A stretch of DNA of 64,000 nt from an uncultured Bacilli bacterium (GTDB taxonomy: Bacteria; Bacillota_I; Bacilli_A; RF39; UBA660), in the NCBI GenBank assembly GCA_947581765.1, contig CANPVU010000001.1, forward strand, positions 5,513 through 69,512, read 5' to 3'. The notes below the pieces were generated by a model, which was not told the origin of the DNA, did not search any database, and saw nothing but the letters and a program-made list of their open reading frames with translations. Below, one piece after another: positions 1 through 9,195 of this stretch. Both the position numbers and the translations under genes were made by a program. Positions within the stretch are counted from its first letter, which is position 1, and each line of letters opens with the position of its first letter.

Positions 1-462
1 GATGCTAGAATCTAATACACAACAAATAGAAGTACAAACATCATTTTTACCCCAAAATTTTCTACAGAACATATCCTTTACTTTATTTTCATATACTCGT
101 CTATAACCGCAAATTGACATATCAATTTTACTATCTAAATTAATATTATTAATTAAAATTTTTAAAAAATCTTTTTCAAGATAATCATCTGAATCAATAA
201 AAGAAATAAAAATTCCTTTTGAAACCTTTAATCCATAATTTCTAGCACTTGATACACCACCATTTTTTTTGTAAAAATATTTAAATCTCAAATCTTTTTT
301 ACAATATTTATTACAAATATTAGAAGAATTGTCAGTCGAACCATCATCTATTATAATAACCTCAAAATTTTTGTACGTTTGTTCAATAATACTCTTCAAA
401 CAACGTTCAATATAATTTTGCGAATTGTAAACTGGAATTATAATTGAGACATCTATTTTCAA
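1..462 (-). CDS. Glycosyltransferase family 2, N-terminal part; gene runs off the window start
   Basis: Reverse-strand translation gives ...DVSIIIPVYNSQNYIERCLKSIIEQTYKNFEVIIIDDGSTDNS...IDSDD, a classic GT2 DxD fold. A TTG/GTG start at about 462-471 overlaps the upstream stop (GTGA), with GAGG as ribosome-binding site. Not in the ORF track because it has no stop inside the window. Confidence 0.6.
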   Translation of the reverse strand, partial: MKIDVSIIIPVYNSQNYIERCLKSIIEQTYKNFEVIIIDDGSTDNSSNICNKYCKKDLRFKYFYKKNGGVSSARNYGLKVSKGIFISFIDSDDYLEKDFLKILINNINLDSKIDMSICGYRRVYENKVKDMFCRKFWGKNDVCTSICCVLDSSI

Positions 463-467
463 GTAAA

Positions 468-1961
468 TCACCTCTGAATTTTTTCTATTCGATAAAACCT
501 TGATATTATACCAAATATAATCATAATAGTTGCATACATTCTAATTCTTACAATAAAATTATAGTACACAAATATTGGAAACAAATAAATAACAAACATT
601 AGCCCACCATAACCAATAATTGAATGAATTTCATTTTTACTCTTTAATAATTTAAATGATCTATAAAATATAATAAAAAAAATTATAATAAAACAGCTAA
701 TTCCTAAAATACCAGATTCTAAAAAAACAGTTCCAAATCCTGTGTTATGATATCCCAAGTTATATGAATATTTTTCATATAAACTAGTATTATAAAATGA
801 CAAATAATTATTGTTTCTTCCAAGTAAATTGTCTCTAAAATCAAACAGAAAATATTGAGGTGGCATAGCGCTTCCAATCCCTAATCCAAAAAATTTCTTT
901 TTTACTGACGTTAAAATATTATTGTACGAATAAATTATTACATCAAATCTACTCATATCCGAATGATTAGTAGCACCAGTGGCATAATAAAAAATATAAT
1001 TTAATAATCCAACACTATTTATTCTACTTTTCCATTTTTGATTAAAAAACAAAAAAGTATAAAATGCAATAATTGAGATTAACGGAACAAAAACAAGTAT
1101 TGCAACCTTTTTATAAGTAATTTCTATGCGTTTTTTTAATTTTTTATTTTTTATTAATATTAATAAAATTTCCAAAATTGGAGCAAGAAGAATTGCAAAC
1201 TTTACTTCACCAAGTATCCAAAACATATAAAATAAAATGTTAAAAAAAAGAAATTTAAAGAAAGAAAATTTATTGTTAATATAAGCCCCTACTACTATTC
1301 CGAATAAGAAAATTGTAATCAAGGAAAAAGGGGTTACACCAAATATTCCAAATATTCCTCCAAAATCATCTACAGAATATTTCCAAAGGAGAATTGGCGC
1401 TGGAATAGCACACTGAATAAGAAATAATTTTATATCCAATTTTTTAAAAAAATTTTTATTAAAAGTTATTATAAAGTATATTGGTAAAGTTCTAAAATAA
1501 ATAAAAGCAACAGAAATTATATTTGAAATGCTATTTCCATTTAGCAATGATATAAATGAAAATAATAAAATAAATAAAACGTAAATATGCAATATTGAAT
1601 CATTTATTTTATTATGAGAACTAAGTCTTGATATTATGAATTTTATTGTTAAAATTAATAGTAATACATCTATAAAATTTAACCAATTTATTGCATTTAT
1701 ACCTATCAATTTTCTATATGTTAAGGTAATAATAAAATACATATATAACATATTATAATAAAAGCAAATTACACTATCAAATAAATTTAATAAAATAAAA
1801 AAAATTATATACAATCCTAAAAGTATGAAACACATTATCATTCCATTAAATCCTAAATTACACTGTATAATTATCCACAAAAAAACAGAAAAAAGAAAAT
1901 TAATTAATGGAATTATAATATAGTTATTTTTTTTACTATTTAGAGTTAAAAAATTTTTCAT
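468..1961 (-). CDS. Polytopic membrane protein, Wzy-like O-antigen/oligosaccharide polymerase
   Basis: 497 aa with more than 10 predicted transmembrane helices and a large extracytoplasmic loop. Sits inside a glycosyltransferase operon. Confidence 0.6.
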   Translation of the reverse strand: MKNFLTLNSKKNNYIIIPLINFLFSVFLWIIIQCNLGFNGMIMCFILLGLYIIFFILLNLFDSVICFYYNMLYMYFIITLTYRKLIGINAINWLNFIDVLLLILTIKFIISRLSSHNKINDSILHIYVLFILLFSFISLLNGNSISNIISVAFIYFRTLPIYFIITFNKNFFKKLDIKLFLIQCAIPAPILLWKYSVDDFGGIFGIFGVTPFSLITIFLFGIVVGAYINNKFSFFKFLFFNILFYMFWILGEVKFAILLAPILEILLILIKNKKLKKRIEITYKKVAILVFVPLISIIAFYTFLFFNQKWKSRINSVGLLNYIFYYATGATNHSDMSRFDVIIYSYNNILTSVKKKFFGLGIGSAMPPQYFLFDFRDNLLGRNNNYLSFYNTSLYEKYSYNLGYHNTGFGTVFLESGILGISCFIIIFFIIFYRSFKLLKSKNEIHSIIGYGGLMFVIYLFPIFVYYNFIVRIRMYATIMIIFGIISRFYRIEKIQR

Positions 1962-1971
1962 ACATACACTC

Positions 1972-2490
1972 CTATTTATAATTTTTTATTACAGATTCTT
2001 TTTTTTGAACTATTAAACTATTTGCTTCATAACTTCCTTTCAAAATTGTACCTGCTCCTACAACTGAATTATCTCCTATAATAGTGTCACGCATAATTAC
2101 GCAATTGGCTCCTATCCAAACGTTATTTCCAATATACACATTACCATTTTTATACCCAACTAAATCATTTTTATAATCGTGATCATGATCAACTATTACA
2201 ACGTTATTAGCAATCTTAACATTATTACCAATTCTTATATTATTTCTAGAAGTTATTGAAACATTAGTATTCAAAAAAACATTTTTTCCAATGATTAAAC
2301 GTCCTTCATCACATACCCGTAATTGAACATTTTTTCTGAAATTACAGTAACTTCCAATTAATAATTTCCCTTTTTTAGAAATTTTTATTTTTAAACAGGA
2401 TTCCCACCTTCTTTGTGGTAATTTCACATCTAAATTTCTATAAATAAATCTCAATATAAAAGGTTTTATTGAATTTATCATTTTTTTCAA
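1972..2490 (-). CDS. Sugar O-acetyltransferase, hexapeptide-repeat left-handed beta-helix family
   Basis: Repeated [LIV]GxxxxI hexapeptides (IGNNVKIANNVVIVDHDHD, IGNNVWIGANCVIM) typical of WbbJ/maltose O-acetyltransferase-like enzymes. Confidence 0.7.
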   Translation of the reverse strand: MKKMINSIKPFILRFIYRNLDVKLPQRRWESCLKIKISKKGKLLIGSYCNFRKNVQLRVCDEGRLIIGKNVFLNTNVSITSRNNIRIGNNVKIANNVVIVDHDHDYKNDLVGYKNGNVYIGNNVWIGANCVIMRDTIIGDNSVVGAGTILKGSYEANSLIVQKKESVIKNYK

Positions 2491-2501
2491 AAAATCACCA
2501 T

Positions 2502-3620
2502 CTATCCTAAAATTTTTATATATATTTTTTCTAATTCAGATACAGTAATCTTTATATCATAACCGGACACTTTTACTTTATCACTCATATTTACACGTTC
2601 ATTTTTACTTGCTTCTAATAATGAATTAACCCATACCGATATTGGTTCTTTTAAAGAAATACGTATTGTTGAACCAGTAACATTCGCCTCATCTGGTATA
2701 GAATCTGATACAACGCATATTAACCCAGATGATTGCGCTTCAATATTAACAATTCCAAATCCCTCATACAAACTTGGTAAAAAGAATACATCCATTGCTT
2801 GATACATATCATTAACATCTTTACGTTGACCTAAAAACAAAACGCTATCCTCTAAGTTTTTTTCAGAAACTAGTCTTTTTATATTGTTTTCCAGTTCACC
2901 TTGACCAATTAAGACTAGAACTGCAGCATTACATTTTTTTTTCAATTCTTCAAAAACATTAATCATAAAAGTATGATTCTTCTGTGAAGTGAATCTACCA
3001 ACATTTCCTATAACAAGTTTGTTTTCTAATTTTAATTCTTTTCTTTTTTTATCTCTTATTTGTTCGTTATAAGAAAATTTATTTGTATTGATTCCATTTT
3101 TTATAATTTTAACTCTTTTCATTCCTTTTTTAGTATACATATATCTAGATGCCAAATTTGAACAAGATAACAACATATCTGATTTATGTTCCAAAATTTT
3201 TTTTATTGGATAAGAAAAAATTTTTTTTATAAATGACCTTCTACCAGCGTTGTGTGAATGAACTATAATTTTTGAATTACTGTATTTTTTAGAAGTATAA
3301 GCAACAATCATATTAAATAATAAAATTCCAGAATTGATATGAATAATATCATATTTATTTTCAAGCAAAAATTTTTTTAATCTTCTGCATAACTTTACTT
3401 TTCCAAATAATGTACTGTTATTAATATTAAATTCATAAACGTTTCCGCCAATATTTATTATCTCGTCAATATATTCAGAGTATGTAGTTTTATTGGGAGT
3501 AAGAAAATCAAATTCAATAATATCTTTATTTATATTTCTATATATATTCAGTAGCATTGCGGACACTCCGCCAAAATTTCTTGAACCAGCGTTAATTTGC
3601 AAAACTCTAATTTTTTTCAC
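2502..3620 (-). CDS. Glycosyltransferase family 4 (GT-B)
   Basis: C-terminal EGFGIVNIEAQSSGLICVVSD motif (E-x7-E donor-binding region). Confidence 0.75.
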   Translation of the reverse strand: MKKIRVLQINAGSRNFGGVSAMLLNIYRNINKDIIEFDFLTPNKTTYSEYIDEIINIGGNVYEFNINNSTLFGKVKLCRRLKKFLLENKYDIIHINSGILLFNMIVAYTSKKYSNSKIIVHSHNAGRRSFIKKIFSYPIKKILEHKSDMLLSCSNLASRYMYTKKGMKRVKIIKNGINTNKFSYNEQIRDKKRKELKLENKLVIGNVGRFTSQKNHTFMINVFEELKKKCNAAVLVLIGQGELENNIKRLVSEKNLEDSVLFLGQRKDVNDMYQAMDVFFLPSLYEGFGIVNIEAQSSGLICVVSDSIPDEANVTGSTIRISLKEPISVWVNSLLEASKNERVNMSDKVKVSGYDIKITVSELEKIYIKILG

Positions 3621-3638
3621 TACTATTCCTCCTAATAA

Positions 3639-4472
3639 TTAATCTTGTTTAACAAATATTATTTCTACGGAATGATTATTTCTTTTATCTATTGGTGGTA
3701 ATTCCATATAATTTCCATATAAGTGTTTCAAGAACTCGTCATAATTTTGAGGGCCATTAAAAAATAAATTCTCAAATTCGTATAGAGCACCTTTTCCATA
3801 CACACTTTTAGGCATCATATCTTTAAATTTATACATTCCCATAAAATTTATAATATACTGCGATTTTTTTATACTACATTTTTTCATCACTTTATCAAGT
3901 TTATACCACATTTTTTCATATGAAAATTTTTTTTGAATTGATGTATGTCTTACAATCCATATTATAATATTTTCATACCAATGTCTCTTTTTATTCAAAG
4001 TAACAATTTCGTCGAATACGGAAATTTGCAACATCATTCTGCGATACAGTAAATGAATTTTTCTTAATCCGATTTTTATCTTATTCTTTGGCATGCCATC
4101 TAGTGGAAATACATCAAGCCAAGCATCACAAAACTCTCCATTTTTATTGTGAGTTCTATATAATTTAATTGAAGGATTTGTTATTCTCAAATAGTATCTA
4201 TGAACATTTTTATCATATAAGAAATGTTTTGCAATATATGGATTATTTAACTCATTTGGTAATACTTCTAATAATTTTTCATAGTCTTCCCTAGGCATTC
4301 TTATATCAGCATCATCATCCCATGGGATAAATCCTTTATGCCTTACAGCACCGAGAAAAGTACCTGCACTTAAATAATATGTAAGATTATTTTTAGAGCA
4401 AATTCTAACAATTTCCTTAAGCATTTCTAACTCAACTAATTGAAGTTGCCTTATGTTATCTACATTATTCAT
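3639..4472 (-). CDS. LicD-family phosphotransferase (phosphocholine/polyol-phosphate transferase)
   Basis: [31 protein letters not shown], the LicD/fukutin-like nucleotidyltransferase-fold signature. Confidence 0.8.
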   Translation of the reverse strand: MNNVDNIRQLQLVELEMLKEIVRICSKNNLTYYLSAGTFLGAVRHKGFIPWDDDADIRMPREDYEKLLEVLPNELNNPYIAKHFLYDKNVHRYYLRITNPSIKLYRTHNKNGEFCDAWLDVFPLDGMPKNKIKIGLRKIHLLYRRMMLQISVFDEIVTLNKKRHWYENIIIWIVRHTSIQKKFSYEKMWYKLDKVMKKCSIKKSQYIINFMGMYKFKDMMPKSVYGKGALYEFENLFFNGPQNYDEFLKHLYGNYMELPPIDKRNNHSVEIIFVKQD

Positions 4473-4488
4473 TTTTTTCCTTTCATAG

Positions 4489-5328
4489 TTACTCGTCTAA
4501 AATAGTAACATGGGCATTTTTTTCGCTATCTTTTGGAGGAATCATATAATCACCATACATTTGTCTCAACACACCATTATAATTTTCTGGCCCAAATAAC
4601 ATATAGTTTTCAAATTTATACTTTTTTCCATTACCATAGTAACATTTTGGAAACATTTCTTTGAATTTATATTGACCCATAAAATTCACAATATAATTTG
4701 AGTTTTCATATGAATATTTTTTTAATAATTTGTCAATTTTATTTAACCACTTGTAAGTATTTTGTTTTCTACCAAAGCCAGTAATCATAACAAATTTTAT
4801 TATTACTCTTTCAGATAAAGGTCGATTAGGTCTTTTTAAATTAACTTTTTCAAAACACGAAATATGATACATAGCTCTAGCAACCAACAATTTTAGCATA
4901 TGAATTTTTCTAATAATAAAATTGTTAGGCATTCCATCTAATGGAAAAATATCAACCCAAACACATTCATTTCTTTCTTTTATACTTCCTAATCGTTTTA
5001 AATTATGTCGTGTATCAACTATTCTTGAAAAATAATAATGGTGTGATTCACTATTCAAATATGTTTGTAACTTTAAATATTCAGGCAAATCTTCAACTAT
5101 CTTTTCTAAAAAAATTTCATACTGTTTTCTTGGTATACCAATATCAATATCATCATCCCATGGGATAAAACCTTCATGCCTTATTGCCCCTAATAAAGTT
5201 CCTCCCAACATATAATATTCAACGTTATTTTTTTCAAGATAATTATATATATAATCAAAAATTTCTATAATCATTTTTTGTATATTTGTTAGGTTGCTAT
5301 TTGACATATTGTTCTCCTTTTTAACCAT
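4489..5328 (-). CDS. LicD-family phosphotransferase, paralog
   Basis: [31 protein letters not shown]. About 35% identical to the preceding gene. Confidence 0.8.
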   Translation of the reverse strand: MVKKENNMSNSNLTNIQKMIIEIFDYIYNYLEKNNVEYYMLGGTLLGAIRHEGFIPWDDDIDIGIPRKQYEIFLEKIVEDLPEYLKLQTYLNSESHHYYFSRIVDTRHNLKRLGSIKERNECVWVDIFPLDGMPNNFIIRKIHMLKLLVARAMYHISCFEKVNLKRPNRPLSERVIIKFVMITGFGRKQNTYKWLNKIDKLLKKYSYENSNYIVNFMGQYKFKEMFPKCYYGNGKKYKFENYMLFGPENYNGVLRQMYGDYMIPPKDSEKNAHVTILDE

Positions 5329-5764
5329 CTATTTTATTATCTATATCATTTCTTAGCATAGTGCTACTTATACCATCAGTATGTTTTATATATATTAAAT
5401 CTACATTGTATGCAGATAATTCTCTTTCTGTTTTTTTCCACCTAGAATTACCTTTCCAATCATCTCCAATGAAAATAACATTATACTTTAATTGATTCAT
5501 TAATTTTACTTTATCTAATGTATCCACAATTATTGCTTTATCAACTGCCTTAATATTTTCTACAATAGTACATCTATTATATTGATTTATTACAGGAGTT
5601 TTATGTTTATATTCTTGAACAAGCTTATCAGAATTAACACCAACAATTAAATAATCGCAATATTTTTTAGCATTATTTATAAGATTTAAATGACCAATAT
5701 GAAACATATCATATACTCCTTGTGTATATCCTATCCTATATTTTTTCATAATTTTTTCTCCCAC
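5321..5764 (-). CDS. Cytidylyltransferase, TagD/CTP:glycerol-3-phosphate cytidylyltransferase family
   Basis: GYTQGVYDMFHIGHLNLI carries the HxGH motif. About 140 aa. Translationally coupled to the upstream gene. Confidence 0.75.
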   Translation of the reverse strand: MGEKIMKKYRIGYTQGVYDMFHIGHLNLINNAKKYCDYLIVGVNSDKLVQEYKHKTPVINQYNRCTIVENIKAVDKAIIVDTLDKVKLMNQLKYNVIFIGDDWKGNSRWKKTERELSAYNVDLIYIKHTDGISSTMLRNDIDNKIDG

Positions 5765-6162
5765 TACTTAGACTTTTTTAAATCTCTTTTAATCTGTGTT
5801 GTACTTATTTCTGGTGTTCTCTTGAGATACACGACTTCAACACCCTCAGACTCTAAAAAATCAAATTTTCCTTTCCAATCATCTCCTATAACAAAAGTAT
5901 CAATATGATACTCATGAGCATCAGTTTTTTTCTGTTCCCAAGAATTTTCTGGAATAACTAAGTCTACATAACGAATTGATTCTAAAAGTGCTTTGCGCTG
6001 TTCATAATTAAAGTAACATTTTTTTTGTTTCATATTCCAATTAAATTCATCTGTTGAAAGAGCAACAACTAGATAGTCCCCTAAAGCCTTAGCTCGTTTC
6101 AAAAGATTTATGTGACCATAATGTAATAAATCAAAAGTCCCATAGGTAATAATTCTTTTCAT
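5764..6162 (-). CDS. tagD: Glycerol-3-phosphate cytidylyltransferase (TagD/TarD-like)
   Basis: ITYGTFDLLHYGHINLLKRAKALGDYLVVALSTDEFN is near-canonical TagD sequence. 132 aa. Confidence 0.8.
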   Translation of the reverse strand: MKRIITYGTFDLLHYGHINLLKRAKALGDYLVVALSTDEFNWNMKQKKCYFNYEQRKALLESIRYVDLVIPENSWEQKKTDAHEYHIDTFVIGDDWKGKFDFLESEGVEVVYLKRTPEISTTQIKRDLKKSK

Positions 6163-6421
6163 TTAATCCCCTCTATTTAATTTTGAATAAAATTCACAAA
6201 GTGAACCCCTTTGTGAACCCCCCCTGTCAATGTGTATATAATACCACAAATTCGACAAAAGTCAAATCGTTTTTTTTGATTTTTTTTTAAGTTTACATTA
6301 ATTGATATTTTTTATTATATAAAGGCTAATTTAATGAATTCATAAATGGGTTCACTCAATGAGATAATTATTTTTAAAAAATCACTAAAAAAATTGCCTC
6401 TTAGTCGTTTATTAATTAGAT
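6163..6421. promoter_or_regulatory. Divergent promoter region between two cassettes
   Basis: AT-rich 259-bp gap between divergent operons. Palindrome TTCACAAAG-N7-CTTTGTGAA at 6193-6217. GTGAACCC appears twice (6201-6208, 6213-6220), which reads GGGTTCAC on the minus strand. ATAAAT-GGGTTCACT at 6342-6356 sits upstream of the plus-strand operon. Confidence 0.5.
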
Positions 6422-6940
6422 ATGGTGAAAAAAATGAAAAAAAATTTTAGAATTGAGTTTCATGTTCACACAATTGCATCTAAAGATAGTTTGCTTACAA
6501 AATGGTTTATGCTTTTTATGTTAAAAATTAAAAAGATAAATGCTATTGCTATAACAGATCATAATGAGATTAAAGGTGCACTTAAATATAAAGATTTCTT
6601 CAAAAAGAAGAATATTGATGTCATTGTTGGCGAAGAGATTTTTACAGCTGATGGAGAAATAATTGGTCTATTTTTGAAAAGAAAAATTCAAGAAGGAATG
6701 AGTGCAATTGATACTGTGAAAGAAATAATTAATCAAAATGGATTTGTTTATATTCCACATCCATATGATGAAAAAAGAAAAGATACTGTATTAACAAAAA
6801 AAGCATTACAAGAAATATATAAATATGTTGACTTTATTGAAGTCCACAATGGTAGAAACATATCTTACGAATTTTCAGAAAAACAAAATGAAATCGCAAA
6901 TGATTTTACTTTAAGAAAAGTTGTTGGAAATTTTTTTTAA
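6422..6940 (+). CDS. PHP-domain metal-dependent phosphoesterase (short form)
   Basis: N-terminal FHVHTIASKDS and ITDHNEI His/Asp metal-binding motifs of the PHP family. Could be a CpsB-like phosphatase. 172 aa is short for the family. Confidence 0.5.
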   Translation: MVKKMKKNFRIEFHVHTIASKDSLLTKWFMLFMLKIKKINAIAITDHNEIKGALKYKDFFKKKNIDVIVGEEIFTADGEIIGLFLKRKIQEGMSAIDTVKEIINQNGFVYIPHPYDEKRKDTVLTKKALQEIYKYVDFIEVHNGRNISYEFSEKQNEIANDFTLRKVVGNFF

Positions 6941-8070
6941 TAATTAGATTAATTACATTGTAAAGAGGTACATAAATGAAAATAGCAATGATAGGTCATA
7001 AGAGAATACCCTCACGTGAAGGTGGAGTTGAAATTGTTGTAGAAGAATTATCAACTAGAATGGTTCAACTTGGTAACGAAGTTACTTGCTACAATAGACG
7101 TGGTAAACATGTATTAGATAAAAATGAGAAGATTAAAAAATTAAAAGAATATAAAGGTATAAAAATAAAAGAAGTATTAACAATTGATAAAAAAGGTTTA
7201 GCAGCTATGACATCTTCTTTTTTTGGAACATTTAAAATACTTTTTTCTAATGCAGAAATAGTACATTACCATGCCGAAGGTCCATGTGCCATGATTCCAA
7301 TAATTAAACTTTTCTCTAGAAAAAAAGTAATTGCAACAATTCATGGATTAGATTGGCAAAGAGCTAAATGGAAAAATGGCTTTGCCTCCAAATATATAAA
7401 ATTTGGTGAAAAAATGGCTGCTAAGTATGCAGATGAAATAATTGTACTTAGTGAAAACGTAAAAAAATATTTCAAAGAAACATACAACAGGGATACAAAC
7501 TTTATACCTAATGGAGTTTCTAAACCAGAAATAAAAGAAGCAAAAATCATAAATGAGAAATATGGATTAAGAAAAAATGACTACATACTTTTTTTGGGAA
7601 GAATTGTTCCAGAAAAAGGAATTCATTATTTAATTGATGCATTTAACAAAATTAAAACAAACAAAAAATTAGTTATTGCTGGCGGTGCTAGTGATACTAA
7701 TGAATATTATTCCGAGTTAAAAGAAAAATCAGAAAATAATAAAAACATTATATTTACCGGTTTTATTCAAGGGCAAGAATTGGAAGAACTATATAGCAAT
7801 GCATACATATATGTTTTACCAAGTGATTTAGAAGGTATGCCTCTTTCACTACTTGAAGCAATGAGTTATGGAAATTGTTGCCTAACTTCTGATATAGAGG
7901 AATGTGCTACTGTAATAAAAGATAATGGATTAACATTTAAAAAATCAAATATTGAAGATTTAAAAAATAAACTTCAAAAATTATTAGATAAAGAAGACAT
8001 TGTTATTAAGTATAAAACTAATGCTCAAGATTATATTCTAAATAAATATAACTGGGATGACGTTGTTATT
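6901..8070. repeat. Inverted repeat A, left copy (about 1.17 kb, near-identical)
   Basis: By-eye alignment: 6901-8070 matches the reverse complement of about 28365-29535. The match covers the last ~40 nt of the PHP gene, the intergenic RBS and about 1085 nt of the GT4 gene. One indel was seen in the T-run. Confidence 0.8.
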
Positions 8071-8100
8071 AAAACTTTAAAGATTTATGAAAATAAATAA
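6976..8100 (+). CDS. Glycosyltransferase family 4, copy 1 of a duplicated gene
   Basis: EGMPLSLLEAMSYGNCCLTSD motif. Residues 1 to about 362 are identical to the gene at 28335-29456 on the opposite strand. Only the last 12 aa differ. Confidence 0.8.
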   Translation: MKIAMIGHKRIPSREGGVEIVVEELSTRMVQLGNEVTCYNRRGKHVLDKNEKIKKLKEYKGIKIKEVLTIDKKGLAAMTSSFFGTFKILFSNAEIVHYHAEGPCAMIPIIKLFSRKKVIATIHGLDWQRAKWKNGFASKYIKFGEKMAAKYADEIIVLSENVKKYFKETYNRDTNFIPNGVSKPEIKEAKIINEKYGLRKNDYILFLGRIVPEKGIHYLIDAFNKIKTNKKLVIAGGASDTNEYYSELKEKSENNKNIIFTGFIQGQELEELYSNAYIYVLPSDLEGMPLSLLEAMSYGNCCLTSDIEECATVIKDNGLTFKKSNIEDLKNKLQKLLDKEDIVIKYKTNAQDYILNKYNWDDVVIKTLKIYENK

Positions 8101-8109
8101 TATTTTGAA

Positions 8110-9195
8110 AGGAAGATTCTCATGGCAGAGAAAAAATTAAACGGAACCGTAATAGTTACTTATAGATGTAATGCTAGATGTACTATGTGTAATAGATATA
8201 AATGTCCTTCAAAACCTGAAGAAGAACTTAGTGTTGAAACAATAAAAAAATTACCTAAAATGTATTTTACAAACATAACAGGTGGAGAACCATTCATAAG
8301 AGAAGATTTACCAGATATAGTACGAGAATTATATAAAAAATCTGATCGTATTGTTATATCAACTAATGGTTTTTTTACAGATAGAATTATTAAATTATGT
8401 GAAGAATTTCCTAATGTTGGAATTAGAATATCAATTGAAGGATTAGAAGAAACAAATAATAAAATTAGAGGATTAGATGATGGATTTAATAAAGGATATT
8501 CAACACTAAAAAAACTTGTTGAAATGAAACATCCAGATGTAGGATTTGGAATGACTGTACAAGATGCTAATGCAAAAGATTTAGTTGAACTATATAAATT
8601 ATCTGATGAATTAAATATGGAATTTGCAACAGCATCCTTACATAATAGTTTCTATTTTGTAGAGGCAAAAAACATTATTCATGATAGACCAATGGTAGCA
8701 AAAGAATTTGAAAAATTAATTAATGAACTTTTAAAGTCTAACTCTCCAAAAAAATGGTTTAGAGCATACTTTAATCATGGATTAATTAATTATATTTATG
8801 GTCAAAAACGTTTGTTACCATGTGATATGGCATTTGATACATTTTTCATAGACCCATATGGTGATGTAATGCCTTGTAATGGAACTAAAGACAAAGAAAT
8901 AATGGGAAATTTAAATGAACAAACTTGGGAAGAACTTTGGAATTCAGAGAAAGCAGAAAGAGTAAGAAATAAAGTACGACATTGTGATAGGCAATGTTGG
9001 ATGATTGGATCTGTTTCTCCAGCAATGCACAAATATATATGGAAACCAGCATGGTGGGTATTTAGACATAAGTTTTTAAAATTTTTTAAACAAAATAAAT
9101 ATTCAATGTATGAAAACAAAATTGTTAGAGATTTTAAAGATGGAAAAGTTAGCAAGGAACAATTGGATAAATGTAGTACATGTGATATGAATTGT
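8110..9195. repeat. Inverted repeat B, left copy (about 1.09 kb, a few percent diverged)
   Basis: Matches the reverse complement of about 24855-25912. A few substitutions (K/R, S/T, Q/E) and differing upstream RBS context. Confidence 0.75.

Noticed and set aside
4941-5168. Short ORFs on the opposite strand of strong CDSs (4941-5168, 5690-5908, 9424-9612, 9979-10552, 16934-17146, 19599-19799, 21649-21855, 22242-22454, 24247-24486, 30139-30423, 31203-31388, 32183-32428, 33291-33563, 36683-36925, 38568-38867, 39621-39848, 40116-40325, 47064-47267, 51019-51228, 51786-51971, 53474-53704, 55640-56278, 56688-56879, 58887-59096, 59899-60168, 61218-61460)
   Set aside because: Low-complexity AT-rich shadow ORFs fully overlapped by well-supported genes with recognisable domains. 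No RBS and no independent support.
7341-7550. Antisense ORFs 7341-7550 (-), 8802-9155 (-), 28882-29091 (+) and 24856-25209 (+), with identical 69-aa and 117-aa products
   Set aside because: They lie entirely inside, and antisense to, the duplicated GT4 and rSAM genes. Their identity between copies is just a by-product of the inverted repeats, not evidence of a real gene.
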